Origin: a bacterium
GTDB lineage: Bacteria; Patescibacteriota; Patescibacteriia; SG8-24
NCBI GenBank assembly: GCA_023246225.1
Contig: JAHFIV010000003.1
Coordinates: 1-56,591, forward strand
Direction: 5' to 3'
Length of the DNA: 56,591 bases
Shown: piece after piece, positions 28,060 through 38,461 of the stretch
Numbering within the stretch: the first letter of the stretch is position 1
Layout: each line of letters begins with the position of its first letter
Translations under genes and position numbers: made by a program
Notes under the pieces: generated by a model
The model's input: only the letters and a program-made list of their open reading frames with translations
Database searches by the model: none
Told to the model about the DNA's origin: nothing

Positions 28060-30195
28060 CTATACCTCACGTAAAAAAGATTTCTTCTTCAACTCGCTGT
28101 TTACTTTTTTCATCCTCCCTTTCATCCCTGCAAATGGATCTTGCGGTACGTCGTCAGCCATCACACCCACCTCAACCCCATCGTCTTCATAAAAATCTCC
28201 GGAATCAGCGTCATCGGTGACCCGCGAGTTTCTAAAACTACTGAATCCCCAGCCACTTTTTTCAACGAGACCAAGGTCGAGATGCTTCGCGTTCGCTTCC
28301 TCCAAAAAAAGTGAGGGTTGTTCGATACCGAACGCCTCACGCCCAACCGCAGCAGGCCAACAAAGATACAAATTTCTCTTTGCGCGCGTTACCGCGACAT
28401 AAAATAATCTTCGCTCTTCTTCCAATCCCCCATCTTCAATGGCAGCTTTACGATTAGGAAAGCTGGAATTCGTCAGATGTAACAAAAACACCGTATCCCA
28501 CTCCAAACCTTTCGCCTGATGAATAGTAGAGAGCACAACTTTTGGCATCTGACGCTGCATCGCTTTGCTTCGCGGAGTCTTGAACGTTGCATCATCAAGT
28601 GAAACATCTGCGAGAAGATCGGCAGCGCGTTCATAATTTTCAGCGAACGTCGCGAGCTGCTCCACATCCTCAAGACGCTCACGCCAATTTGGAAACTGAT
28701 TTTCAAGATATTCAACGTACGATGACTTAAGCACCGCTTTCACCAGCTCCGCTGGTTTTTCTCCAGCGCCATGCATTTTTTCGAGCGTGGCACGCAAATC
28801 CTTCCAACCACGCGCCGCTCGCGCACCGAGTCTTTGCTCGACCGGGGAAAGAATCGCACTTGCAATCGATCCCGCTTCACGCATCATGCTAAAAATTTTT
28901 GCTGCCATAACTTCCCCGATCCCCTGCTGCAGTGTCAGCACACGAAGCCACGCCGCTTCATCTTGAAAATTCGCCGCGATGCGAAGAAAGCACACCGCAT
29001 CTTTCACATGCGCACGCTCAAAAAATTTCACACCGCCACGATAATCATACTCGAGTCCGCGTTTCATGAGCTCAAACTCAAGCGCTTGCGAATGAAACGC
29101 GGCGCGAAAAAGCACCGCAATTTCACGCGGAGCGATACCTTCATCGATAATCTTTTCGATACGCATCGCCACAAACGCCGCCTCCTGCGCCGCAGAACCG
29201 GTCGGGACCACGGCAGGCTTCACACCGGACGGTTTTACACTACGGAGCTCTTTCGAAAACTGCTCAACATTTTTATTAATGACATCATTCGCGAGCGCAA
29301 GAATTTCTGGCGTCGAACGATAATTCGTTTCTAATTTAAAAATACGTGCACCGGGATAGTGTTTAGGAAAATCAAGAATGTTTCGCACATCAGCTGCGCG
29401 AAACGAGTAGATACTTTGCGCGTCGTCACCGACGACGAGCACGTTCCGTGATGATCCCGCAAGCAAACGCACAAGAGACGCCTGGAGAGGATTCGTATCT
29501 TGATACTCATCAACAAGCACATACTGAAAACGTCCGGAAATTTTTTCTCGCACCGTGACATCGTTCACAAGAAGATGGTGGAGTCGCACAAGAAGGTCAT
29601 CAAAGTCCATCGCGTTCGCCTTCCGTTTTTTTGCATCATATCCATCGATTACGCGACGGATGTCCGGAAGGAGTGGTACAAATTTTGGATGCTTGATCGC
29701 CACCGCTTCATCTAATGGGATCATCGCGTTCGCTGTATAACTTTGCAACTCTTTTATCACACCAGGCGACGGAAAGCGCTTGCCTTCCTGCAGTAGTCCG
29801 AGCTCACGCGTCGTCGCTTTCACTAAATCGCGCGCGTCTTCTTCATCAAGAATAGAAAAACTAGCGTCATATCCAACATGCGTTGCAAAGGCGCGCAAAA
29901 AACGGTTAGCGATCGAATGAAACGTGCCACCACACACTCCTGGGGTACCGCCGAGAAATTTTGAACCGATGAGTTCGCTGATGCGGGACATCATCTCTCC
30001 CGCAGCCTTGTTCGTAAATGTGAGCAAAAGTATCCGCTCCGACGAAACACCGCTTCCAATCAAATGAGCGACGCGGTGCACAATGGTGCGAGTTTTTCCT
30101 GAACCCGCACCCGCAAGGACAACGCAAGGACCGTCGCCGTGTTCGACGACGTCACGCTGCTCTGCATTAAGGCCGGCAAGATAGGGACTTTCCAT
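28060..30195 (-). CDS. UvrD/PcrA/Rep family SF1 DNA helicase
   Basis: AGAGSGKT, LTFTNKAA, VDEYQD, VGDDAQSIY, NYRST, TIHQAKGLEW, EERRLFYVAVTRA. Confidence 0.95.
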   Translation of the reverse strand: MESPYLAGLNAEQRDVVEHGDGPCVVLAGAGSGKTRTIVHRVAHLIGSGVSSERILLLTFTNKAAGEMMSRISELIGSKFLGGTPGVCGGTFHSIANRFLRAFATHVGYDASFSILDEEDARDLVKATTRELGLLQEGKRFPSPGVIKELQSYTANAMIPLDEAVAIKHPKFVPLLPDIRRVIDGYDAKKRKANAMDFDDLLVRLHHLLVNDVTVREKISGRFQYVLVDEYQDTNPLQASLVRLLAGSSRNVLVVGDDAQSIYSFRAADVRNILDFPKHYPGARIFKLETNYRSTPEILALANDVINKNVEQFSKELRSVKPSGVKPAVVPTGSAAQEAAFVAMRIEKIIDEGIAPREIAVLFRAAFHSQALEFELMKRGLEYDYRGGVKFFERAHVKDAVCFLRIAANFQDEAAWLRVLTLQQGIGEVMAAKIFSMMREAGSIASAILSPVEQRLGARAARGWKDLRATLEKMHGAGEKPAELVKAVLKSSYVEYLENQFPNWRERLEDVEQLATFAENYERAADLLADVSLDDATFKTPRSKAMQRQMPKVVLSTIHQAKGLEWDTVFLLHLTNSSFPNRKAAIEDGGLEEERRLFYVAVTRAKRNLYLCWPAAVGREAFGIEQPSLFLEEANAKHLDLGLVEKSGWGFSSFRNSRVTDDADSGDFYEDDGVEVGVMADDVPQDPFAGMKGRMKKVNSELKKKSFLREV

Positions 30196-30198
30196 AAG

Positions 30199-30361
30199 GG
30201 AACCTCTGAAAAACTATATTCCGAAGCGGGAAACGAGATATTTTTTCTGTCCCGCTTTGATGACGCGCCGCAGGCGATGCAGAGCATCGTCGAGGACGCG
30301 GCGTCAAAGCGGGCGGGAAAAATAGCCGTTTTCCGCCGGAAGAGAGTTTTGAGGAGGTTCC
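30199..30361. repeat. About 163-bp palindromic MITE-like element (family B), copy 1
   Basis: Ends GGAACCTC...GAGGTTCC; aligns along its length with 39657-39817. Confidence 0.85.
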
Positions 30362-30404
30362 TAAGCAATAGAGAGCGTACTACGACGGATAAAAAAGGAC
30401 AAAA

Positions 30405-31253
30405 TTATTGCAAGCTGTTGCTGTATGCCTTATGCACACCATCAAAATACACACCAAACGCCGACGCACAACGAGAAGAGAGCTCTTTACCAAACCCCTC
30501 CTTGTCACAGCCCATAGTACCAACTTCTTTTAATATCGATGCTCTCGCCACACCGTTCTTTGATGCAAGCTCGCACACGCTTTTTTCTACGGTATCTGCA
30601 TCACACATATGTACATCTTTATTTACCGCCGCAAGAAAAGTCATACACTGATGCGCCCCGTCAACACTCGACGTACAGTACCCTTCGTCGTTAGACATCA
30701 CCGCACGCATCAAATAACACAGATCTCTGAACCTCCCACGACGATCTGCGTCTCCTTCTTTTAATACATCGTTCAACATATACGCATCACATTCCGCATC
30801 GTTCTTTTTTGTGGTTCGTAGCGTCACTGACCCATTGCTTTTTTGCCACTCGCTCACACACCGCTCATTAGCTCGGGCGTTGTAGTGATACACAACGCCG
30901 CAAGCGTTCATCGACCAAGTAAACCTCGATGGTTTTGCGATAACCGATAGGACCACACCCACATACGCGATAATACCAAGGAAACCGAGTACAAAAAATT
31001 TCTTGTTACGTGGAGGATGTATCGGGTGTCTTCGTGCAAGAAAAAAAGTATCCACTACAAAAACAAGAGAGGTCGCTAAAGAACCTTGCGGAAAAAAAAT
31101 AACGATGACTGACAATGTGATAAGTGCAAACACCAAACGCGTGTACGCCTCCACTACGAGATACGCGCTACCAGGAAGAACACCGTTCCCTGCCGCGAGC
31201 GCGAACGGGACCAACCAACGATAGAGAAAGGTTCGCAAAGAAAAATTACGCAT
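30405..31253 (-). CDS. Hypothetical membrane protein with Cys-rich C-terminal repeats
   Basis: N-terminal TMs, then regularly spaced Cys (DLCY, GYC, QCM, HMC, SVC); start trimmed to avoid mltG overlap. Confidence 0.65.
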   Translation of the reverse strand: MRNFSLRTFLYRWLVPFALAAGNGVLPGSAYLVVEAYTRLVFALITLSVIVIFFPQGSLATSLVFVVDTFFLARRHPIHPPRNKKFFVLGFLGIIAYVGVVLSVIAKPSRFTWSMNACGVVYHYNARANERCVSEWQKSNGSVTLRTTKKNDAECDAYMLNDVLKEGDADRRGRFRDLCYLMRAVMSNDEGYCTSSVDGAHQCMTFLAAVNKDVHMCDADTVEKSVCELASKNGVARASILKEVGTMGCDKEGFGKELSSRCASAFGVYFDGVHKAYSNSLQ

Positions 31254-31254
31254 A

Positions 31255-32298
31255 TCATCGTAGATACCGTGCTTTGTTCCGAATATGCTCATCAAATGTT
31301 GATGCATAACGCACAGCACCGTCTTTATCAGTGAGAAAAAACCAATAATTGTTCGGCTCAGGGTCGATTGCGGCACGAACCGAAGAGAGGCTGGGGTTAT
31401 CGATCGGACCGAGAGGCAGTCCAGGATACTTATAGGTGTTGTACCGCGAAACATTTTTTGTATCCTGGAGAAGCACGGACGCATGATCTTTGCCGGTCAC
31501 ATAATTTACCGTGGAGTCAGCCTGAAGCGCCATCCCCCTCGCAAGGCGACGCCAAAAAATATCGGCAACTTTTCGTTTGTCTTCATCACCACGCACTTCT
31601 TTCTCGATAACGCTCGCCATCGTCACTACTTGATACATCGAGTGACTATGCACAGCGAACTCCGCACGTAACTCTGGTGTAATTTTTCGATCAAAATTCG
31701 TAAGAAGAGTTTTTACTAACTCCTCCGCCGTTGCATCTTTAAAAATGCGATAGGTGTCAGGAAAAAGATATCCTTCGAGGCTGACGTAGGATGGTTTTTC
31801 TTTAAGAAACAAAAATGTGTTGGAAAAATCATCAGGTTTCGGTGCAGTTGCTGCGGACAGCGTGCGATGATCGGTTGCGGGGAGTCCTGTCACTTCATAA
31901 AAACGATTCGCTTGCGCGTATCCTGCGGCTTCGAGTGCTTTTTTAATATCTCGTAAATCCCATCCTTCAATAATCTTCAGTGTAAATTCACTCGCGCGTA
32001 CGCCACCCGAAGAAAGTCGAATGATAATTTCTTCGTACGAATTTACATCGGCAAGTGTGTACGTGCCTGGCTGAAGATGCGTTGCGAGACCGCTCGTCTT
32101 TAAAGCAATTTTAAACAACAAACGACTCCTCACAAAACCGCGCAACACGAGGCGGTCGATGATCTTCTGGGCTGAGTCGCTCGACTCCACTACAAATGTC
32201 GCGTCTGACGGTGTGCCCGGTGTACCAAAATACAGTGCGGTCCACGCGAGCGCTGCGACCACAAGAATACTTACTATAATGAAGGATGACCTGCGCAT
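31255..32298 (-). CDS. mltG: Endolytic transglycosylase MltG (YceG)
   Basis: LEGYLFPDTY, ASVIEKE, LQADST, YNTYKYPGLPLGPIDNP. Confidence 0.95.
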   Translation of the reverse strand: MRRSSFIIVSILVVAALAWTALYFGTPGTPSDATFVVESSDSAQKIIDRLVLRGFVRSRLLFKIALKTSGLATHLQPGTYTLADVNSYEEIIIRLSSGGVRASEFTLKIIEGWDLRDIKKALEAAGYAQANRFYEVTGLPATDHRTLSAATAPKPDDFSNTFLFLKEKPSYVSLEGYLFPDTYRIFKDATAEELVKTLLTNFDRKITPELRAEFAVHSHSMYQVVTMASVIEKEVRGDEDKRKVADIFWRRLARGMALQADSTVNYVTGKDHASVLLQDTKNVSRYNTYKYPGLPLGPIDNPSLSSVRAAIDPEPNNYWFFLTDKDGAVRYASTFDEHIRNKARYLR

Positions 32299-33395
32299 TA
32301 TAAATATTTTTGAAGTTTTCGATCGCGCTCCATCGTACTAACAATTTTTTTCACATCTTGCGCGCGATCACGCGGACACACCAGTATCGCGTCTTCGGTT
32401 TCGATGATGATCATGTCACGAACGCCGGCAGTCGCCACAAGTTTTCCAGAAAAACTATAGATAAGATTTCCACCAGAGTCGACGCCTACATGCGCACCTT
32501 TCACTACATCAGTTTCTGGATCATCTGCGAGGATATCACGCACCGCGCGCCAATGACCGACGTCTGCCCAACCGAAATCTGCGGGGATTACAAAAAGTTT
32601 CTCTTCCTTTTCAAGAATACCATAATCGATACTTACAGAAGGTAGCCGTGCAAACAGCGCGCGTCGCGTCGGGGCCATGTTTCGTTTCGTGAGTAACGGT
32701 GCAAGATCGCGAAATGTCGCCGCATGCACTGGAAGATGCGTGTCGTACAATGAAAGAAAGTGCCGCACTGAACCGACGATCAAGGTGGGGTTCCAAAGAT
32801 AGCTCCCGTCGGTACAATATCTCTCCGCGGTCATGAGATCCGGTTTTTCGACGAAGCGCGCGACATCGAACGCGTCGTAGCGTTTGCCATCTTCAGTCAC
32901 TTCGAGTTTCGGCGTACCGATGCGAATATATCCATATCCTGTTTCAGGATACGTGGGGGTGATGCCCACAAGAGCGACGTGGTCAGGTGTCGCCGCGACC
33001 GCCGCGGCGACAGCACGAAGTGTGCGAAGATATTCGGTCGTATCGCGCACGTACGCATCAGAATTTACCGTCACAAACAACGCGTGCGGATCACGCTGTG
33101 CGATGTGTAACAATGCGTAGCCGATCGCAGCAGCGGTATCTCGGCGTTCGGGTTCAACGATAAAATTTTCTGCCGGCAGTGACGGCACCTGCGCACGGAT
33201 GAGGTCGCGCTGCGACTGCGCCGTTGCGATGTAGATGTCTTTTGCGGCAAATCCTTTGCGAATCCGCGCATACGTCGCGCGAAGCAAGGTCATCTCACCG
33301 ATAATCGGCAGCGCCTGCTTCGGTGTGTGCTGCCGCGATACCGGCCACAAGCGCGTTCCGCCACCACCAGCAAGAATGATCGCTTTTATTTTCAT
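32298..33395 (-). CDS. manC: Mannose-1-phosphate guanylyltransferase
   Basis: ILAGGGGTRLWPVSR..PKQ, EPERRDTA, PETGYGYI, FVEKP, SIDYGILEK, GWADVGHW. Confidence 0.9.
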   Translation of the reverse strand: MKIKAIILAGGGGTRLWPVSRQHTPKQALPIIGEMTLLRATYARIRKGFAAKDIYIATAQSQRDLIRAQVPSLPAENFIVEPERRDTAAAIGYALLHIAQRDPHALFVTVNSDAYVRDTTEYLRTLRAVAAAVAATPDHVALVGITPTYPETGYGYIRIGTPKLEVTEDGKRYDAFDVARFVEKPDLMTAERYCTDGSYLWNPTLIVGSVRHFLSLYDTHLPVHAATFRDLAPLLTKRNMAPTRRALFARLPSVSIDYGILEKEEKLFVIPADFGWADVGHWRAVRDILADDPETDVVKGAHVGVDSGGNLIYSFSGKLVATAGVRDMIIIETEDAILVCPRDRAQDVKKIVSTMERDRKLQKYL

Positions 33396-33982
33396 AATCG
33401 TTTCCTCTTGATGAACCACGCAGTAAAAAATTCCACATCATGCAACAAGATGCCAAAATACTGTACAACGATCGCCCAAAATAATCCGACAAAAATTCCG
33501 ATGATCACATCGAGTGGGTAATGCACACCGACATACACACGCCCGAGCGCAACGGCAGCCGCGCACACAAGCAAAACGAGACCGAAAGGAAGATCAACAA
33601 ATAAAATTGAAAAAGCGAGCGCAAATGCAACAGAAGAATGACTTGATGGAAAAGCGTGGGCTGATAACGGGGCGGGTATCAAACGATGTACGTCGAGCAG
33701 CGCGACAAACGGACGCGGACGAAAAAGAAAAAGGCTGAACACCCAATTACCGATAAAAGCGAGTGTACCAGCGAGCACCGCGCGAAAATCCGCAGCTTCA
33801 AGAATCGCGGCGAAATCGCGCGATTCCGGTCGCCGCATAACGATGAAAACGCGAGCGAACACCGCAACAAACATCACAAGAATCAGATACCGCGCGCAAA
33901 AAATACCCACGGCATCGATCGCAGGATATTTCCCCGCTACATTGTTCAGACGTCGAAACGCCTCGGCATCAAAACGGATCAT
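33392..33982 (-). CDS. PAP2 family phosphatase (undecaprenyl-diphosphatase-like)
   Basis: RPRP, FPSSH, GRVYVGVHYPLD. Confidence 0.9.
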   Translation of the reverse strand: MIRFDAEAFRRLNNVAGKYPAIDAVGIFCARYLILVMFVAVFARVFIVMRRPESRDFAAILEAADFRAVLAGTLAFIGNWVFSLFLFRPRPFVALLDVHRLIPAPLSAHAFPSSHSSVAFALAFSILFVDLPFGLVLLVCAAAVALGRVYVGVHYPLDVIIGIFVGLFWAIVVQYFGILLHDVEFFTAWFIKRKRL

Positions 33983-34022
33983 AGAGAGATTCTGAACAGG
34001 CTCTTAGTGTACCATTCTTCTT

Positions 34023-34652
34023 TTATTTTGGGGCGCGGGTCTTCTCTGAAAAATCGCACCACTTGGCAACCGGACACATCCAACACTTCGGAACACGCCC
34101 ACAAATTTCTCGACCAAACGGAACCATCACTTTGTTGATACGTATCCAATGACGCTTAGGGATGCGCGCACGAAGCGCACGTTCTGTTTTTTCTGGTGTG
34201 TTCTCCTTCGTCCATCCAAGACGGTTTGCGATACGAAACACATGCGTGTCAACAGCGATCGCCGGAATACCGAATGCGTACGCGAGTACGCACGATGCAG
34301 TTTTTCTTCCGACCGCAGGCAATGCGACAAGCGCGTCCATATCTTTCGGCACGCGACCTTTATATTGCGTCGTGAGCATCTTTGCGAGCGCGACGATATT
34401 TCGTGCCTTGCTGCGATACAAACCTATCGTGTTTAAAAGACGCGCGACATCGGCTTCACGAGCGCGAGAGAGTGCTGCGGGAGTTTGGTATGCGGTGATC
34501 ACGCGACGAAACGCTGGCTCTGTTTGTGTATCGCGCGTACGCGCAGAGAGCGCAGTAAACAAGAGCACCTTCCACGGAGTCGCTTTTGCTGCCTCTGCAG
34601 GTTCCCGGTAACGACGCGTGAGCACACGCATGATTTCATCTGCATGCAGCAT
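34023..34652 (-). CDS. nth: Endonuclease III
   Basis: HhH LPAVGRKTA, VDTHV, C-terminal Cys cluster ICGRVPKCWMCP...C. Confidence 0.93.
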   Translation of the reverse strand: MLHADEIMRVLTRRYREPAEAAKATPWKVLLFTALSARTRDTQTEPAFRRVITAYQTPAALSRAREADVARLLNTIGLYRSKARNIVALAKMLTTQYKGRVPKDMDALVALPAVGRKTASCVLAYAFGIPAIAVDTHVFRIANRLGWTKENTPEKTERALRARIPKRHWIRINKVMVPFGREICGRVPKCWMCPVAKWCDFSEKTRAPK

Positions 34653-34675
34653 ACAAGAAAACTTTGGACATTAGA

Positions 34676-34706
34676 GAACCTCTAGAAAACTATGTTCCAG
34701 AGGTTC
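34676..34706. repeat. Internally deleted remnant of family B element (ends only)
   Basis: GAACCTCTAGAAAACTATGTTCCAGAGGTTC. Confidence 0.6.
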
Positions 34707-34707
34707 C

Positions 34708-36291
34708 TTAGATGAGCGAGCCACCGGTCATCTCGTCTGGCTGCGGAACACCGAGAATTTTGAGAATCGTTGGCGTAGTATCAGCGAGCATGCCAACAGG
34801 AGACATGAGCGATAGATCACCGAGCGGTGCGTCGCCGGATGGCGCGGCCTGCCCACGCCACTGCTCACCGATCACCAAAAATGGCACCGCGTTCGTACTG
34901 TGTTCTTTATCGAGCACGCCAGTCTGAAGATTGAGCACCTCTTCACCGTTGCCGTGATCCGCAGTGACAACCACCACTCCTCCGAGCGGCAACGCTGTCG
35001 AAACAATTTTTCCGAGAGAAGTATCGACTATTTCTGCGGCGCGCTTCGTCGCGTCAAAATTTCCGGTATGACCGACCATGTCAGCGTTCGCGAAATTCAC
35101 GATGATTACGTCGTATTTCCCCGCTTGTATCTCCTTCACGATGCGCTCAGTAATTTTTGGTGTCGACATCTCCGGCGCTTGATCGTACGACGATACGCGC
35201 GGTGATGGAATAATCACGCGCTCCTCGCCCGGATATTCTTCCTCGCGCATGCCGTTCAAGAAAAAAGTTACGTGCGCGTATTTTTCTGTCTCCGCAATGT
35301 GCAGTTGCGTAAGTCCTGCGTCAGACAACACCTTCGCAAGACAGGTCGAAATCATTTCCGGAGGGAATGCGACCTTTGTAGGGAGACCGCGTTCATACTC
35401 TGTCATGGTAGTGAACGACAGATCCTTCATGAACGTCCGCGGAAAATTCTTGAACTCTGGCAAACAAAAAGCGGAGGAAATCTGACGCGATCGATCTGGA
35501 CGAAAATTTGCAAACACCACTGCGTCGCCATCCTTGATTGGACCACTCGCTTTTCCATCCTTAGTGATCACCACAGGCTCAAATTCTTCGTCGTACACTT
35601 TTTTTGCGTATGACGCTTCGATCGCAGCAAGTGGATCATCAAACGTGGGAACACCTTCAGCGCCGATCATTGCGTGGTACGCCTTCTCCACGCGATCCCA
35701 ACGATTGTCGCGGTCCATCGCATAAAATCGTCCAGAGATCGAGCCCACTCGACCGACGCCAACCTGTCCCATCTTTGCAACCAAATTTTTTACGAAATCA
35801 ATACCAGTATTGTAGATCGTGTCACGACCATCAAGAATCACATGCACAACAACATCGCGCAGTCCCTGTTGACTTGCGAAATCGAGCAAGGCGGAAATGT
35901 GTTCATCTGAACCGTGTACGTTTCCTGGACTGACAATACCAAGAATGTGAAAGGTGGAATTTTTTTTCTTGACGTGCGTGGCAGCATCAAGAAACGCCTG
36001 GTTCTTCAAAAATTCTCCCGATTGAATCGCAAGATTGATGCGCGGAAACGATTGGTAGAAAATTTTTCCTGCACCGATCGTCAGATGCCCGACTTCAGAA
36101 TTACCCATCTCACCCCACGACAATCCGACCGCTTCGCCGGATGCACGAACGGTGACTGTCGGAAACGTCGTGACGAGCTCATCAAAAACAGGAGTACTCG
36201 CTGCAGCGAGAGGATTTCCCTCTCCCGACGGAGCGACACCCCATCCATCAAGAATAACGAGCACGAGCGGTTTCGGGCGCGATGCGGACAT
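34708..36291 (-). CDS. gpmI: 2,3-bisphosphoglycerate-independent phosphoglycerate mutase
   Basis: LDGWG, MGNSEVGH, YAMDRD, AETEKYAHVTFF, DMVGHTG, TADHGN. Confidence 0.97.
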   Translation of the reverse strand: MSASRPKPLVLVILDGWGVAPSGEGNPLAAASTPVFDELVTTFPTVTVRASGEAVGLSWGEMGNSEVGHLTIGAGKIFYQSFPRINLAIQSGEFLKNQAFLDAATHVKKKNSTFHILGIVSPGNVHGSDEHISALLDFASQQGLRDVVVHVILDGRDTIYNTGIDFVKNLVAKMGQVGVGRVGSISGRFYAMDRDNRWDRVEKAYHAMIGAEGVPTFDDPLAAIEASYAKKVYDEEFEPVVITKDGKASGPIKDGDAVVFANFRPDRSRQISSAFCLPEFKNFPRTFMKDLSFTTMTEYERGLPTKVAFPPEMISTCLAKVLSDAGLTQLHIAETEKYAHVTFFLNGMREEEYPGEERVIIPSPRVSSYDQAPEMSTPKITERIVKEIQAGKYDVIIVNFANADMVGHTGNFDATKRAAEIVDTSLGKIVSTALPLGGVVVVTADHGNGEEVLNLQTGVLDKEHSTNAVPFLVIGEQWRGQAAPSGDAPLGDLSLMSPVGMLADTTPTILKILGVPQPDEMTGGSLI

Positions 36292-36324
36292 ATTTGCGTT
36301 ACGCTACCATATCCTCTGCGCACT

Positions 36325-37584
36325 TTACAGAGAAACCTCGTCCTCAATCTCCATGAGACGATTGTATTTTGCCAACCGTTCACCACGCGAAAACGAACCG
36401 GTTTTGATGAACTCTGCTCGCACTGCGACCGCAACGTCAGCGATGAACGCGTCGGGAGTTTCTCCTGACCGATGTGAAATCGCGACCTTGTACCCGTGCT
36501 TCTGCGCAAGAAAAATCGCATCCATCGTTTCCGAAAGTGAACCGATCTGATTGTTTTTAATGAGAATCGCGTTCCCAACATGACGTGAAATCCCCTGCTC
36601 CAGACGACGAACGTTCGTCACAAACAAATCATCGCCAACGAGCGTCAACTTCTTTCCCAATTTTTTTGTGAGTGTCTCCCAATTATCCCAATCATCCTCT
36701 GCGAGCCCGTCCTCGATCGACATGATCGGATATTTTTTCAACCACTTTTCGTACATGAGGATCATCCCCGCCGCATCGAGCGATTTTCCGTCCACTTTCA
36801 TCACATACCGGCGCTTTTTTGCATCGTAAAACTCCGACGCGGCGATGTCCGCACCAAGCGCAACCTCTTTTCCTGGAGCATAGCCGGCTTCTTCGATCGC
36901 ATCGAGAATGAAATCAAACGCTTTTTCATTTTGTGCAAGCTTCGGTGCATACCCACCTTCGTCACCGACAGTGGTCGCAAACCCCTCTTTCTTAAGAATT
37001 TTTCCAAGCGCATGAAAAATTTCGCTCCCCGCACGAACTCGTTCGCGCATCGTCTTCAGTCGTGGAATCACCATCGTCTCCTGTATATCAAGAGAAAAAT
37101 TCGCGTGCGCGCCACCGTTTAACACGTTCACCATCGGAAGTGGCATCGGATAATCCGTACCTTTGATACCGAACGTTGTGCGAAGCGACTTGTAGAGCGG
37201 TACACCACTCGCAACCGCCGAAGTTCGCGCTGCAGCGAGCGACACGCCGAGTATCGCGTTCGCACCGAGTTTGGATTTGTTTTCTGTGCCATCGATATGG
37301 AGCATCGCTTCGTCGATTCTGCGCTGCTGCGACACTTCCATGCCTCGCATTTTTTTTGCGAGCACGTTGTTAACGTTCGCTACTGCCTTGAGTACACCAT
37401 TTCCACCATAACGATTCGGATCAGCGTCGCGAAGTTCAAGCGCCTCATGTGAACCGGTCGATGCGCCGGACGGTACCGATGCCTTTGCCGAAAAACCACC
37501 TTCAACGGTCACCTTTACTTCTACAGTCGGATTACCACGGGAATCCAGAATCTCTCGCGCTTTAATTTCGGTAATTTTTGGCAT
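36325..37584 (-). CDS. eno: Enolase
   Basis: DSRGNPTVE, VPSGASTG, GDEGG, GDDLFVTN, SHRSGET. Confidence 0.98.
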   Translation of the reverse strand: MPKITEIKAREILDSRGNPTVEVKVTVEGGFSAKASVPSGASTGSHEALELRDADPNRYGGNGVLKAVANVNNVLAKKMRGMEVSQQRRIDEAMLHIDGTENKSKLGANAILGVSLAAARTSAVASGVPLYKSLRTTFGIKGTDYPMPLPMVNVLNGGAHANFSLDIQETMVIPRLKTMRERVRAGSEIFHALGKILKKEGFATTVGDEGGYAPKLAQNEKAFDFILDAIEEAGYAPGKEVALGADIAASEFYDAKKRRYVMKVDGKSLDAAGMILMYEKWLKKYPIMSIEDGLAEDDWDNWETLTKKLGKKLTLVGDDLFVTNVRRLEQGISRHVGNAILIKNNQIGSLSETMDAIFLAQKHGYKVAISHRSGETPDAFIADVAVAVRAEFIKTGSFSRGERLAKYNRLMEIEDEVSL

Positions 37585-37621
37585 AGAAAAACAGTACTAA
37601 CGGGACTTATCTGCATCTCAA

Positions 37622-38452
37622 CTATTCAATCTCGTAGGTCAAGTTCACGGTAACGATGATCTCATTGCTCCCTGGCGCGATACTCGGCGCAGGCGCAGCG
37701 TCTGCCGCCATGCTGCCCATACCTCCTTTTCCGTAAAAAATCGGCGGCGGCATCGTTCCGCCTTGTGATTCATCGAACGAAATCACGCGACGCAACTTCA
37801 CATCTGCAACTGTCGCAAGTGCCTTCGCTTTTTCTTTTGCATTTTTCAACGCCTTGGCGCGCGCTTCTTCTTTTAACTTCTCCGGATCATCAACCGTGAA
37901 CTGAATCCCACCGATTTGATTCGTGCCGAGCGCTCCCGCCTTGCCGAGAATGTCACCGACCTTATCAAGATTGCGAATCTTTACGTGCACAGTCTGCGCG
38001 ACGGTGTAACTGCGCAGCGTCTGCTTGCCGTCGTTCCAGTTGTAATTCGGATACACGTTGTAGGCGGTCGTTTGAATATCGTTCTTGTCGACGTTCGCGC
38101 CTTTCAACTGCTCGACCAACTGATTCATGATCCGCGTGTTCTCTTTTTGTGCCTCGGCGACAGTGGATTTTTCAATGGTTGTACCGAGATCAACTCCCGC
38201 AACATCAGGAATACCGATAACTTTTCCTTCACCAGACACCGTGATCACGTTACGCTCGATCGGTACGCCGATAAAATTATACTGACGCGCTTCGTTTCGC
38301 GCCTTGAATCCGAGCCACGCAGTGAGCGCGAGAAGCGCGAGACACATGCAGATCAATTTTGCCTTCTTTCGCTCGTGCCAATCGTTCATGCCAGTGCTCG
38401 GTTCACGTTGCTCACCGCAACATCCACTTTTTTCGTTGTGCATATCATGCAT
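37622..38452 (-). CDS. SIMPL (DUF541) domain protein
   Basis: ITVSGEGKV..PD, DIQT, ALKNAKEKA, VTVNLTY. Confidence 0.88.
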   Translation of the reverse strand: MHDMHNEKSGCCGEQREPSTGMNDWHERKKAKLICMCLALLALTAWLGFKARNEARQYNFIGVPIERNVITVSGEGKVIGIPDVAGVDLGTTIEKSTVAEAQKENTRIMNQLVEQLKGANVDKNDIQTTAYNVYPNYNWNDGKQTLRSYTVAQTVHVKIRNLDKVGDILGKAGALGTNQIGGIQFTVDDPEKLKEEARAKALKNAKEKAKALATVADVKLRRVISFDESQGGTMPPPIFYGKGGMGSMAADAAPAPSIAPGSNEIIVTVNLTYEIE

Positions 38453-38461
38453 AAAAACAAA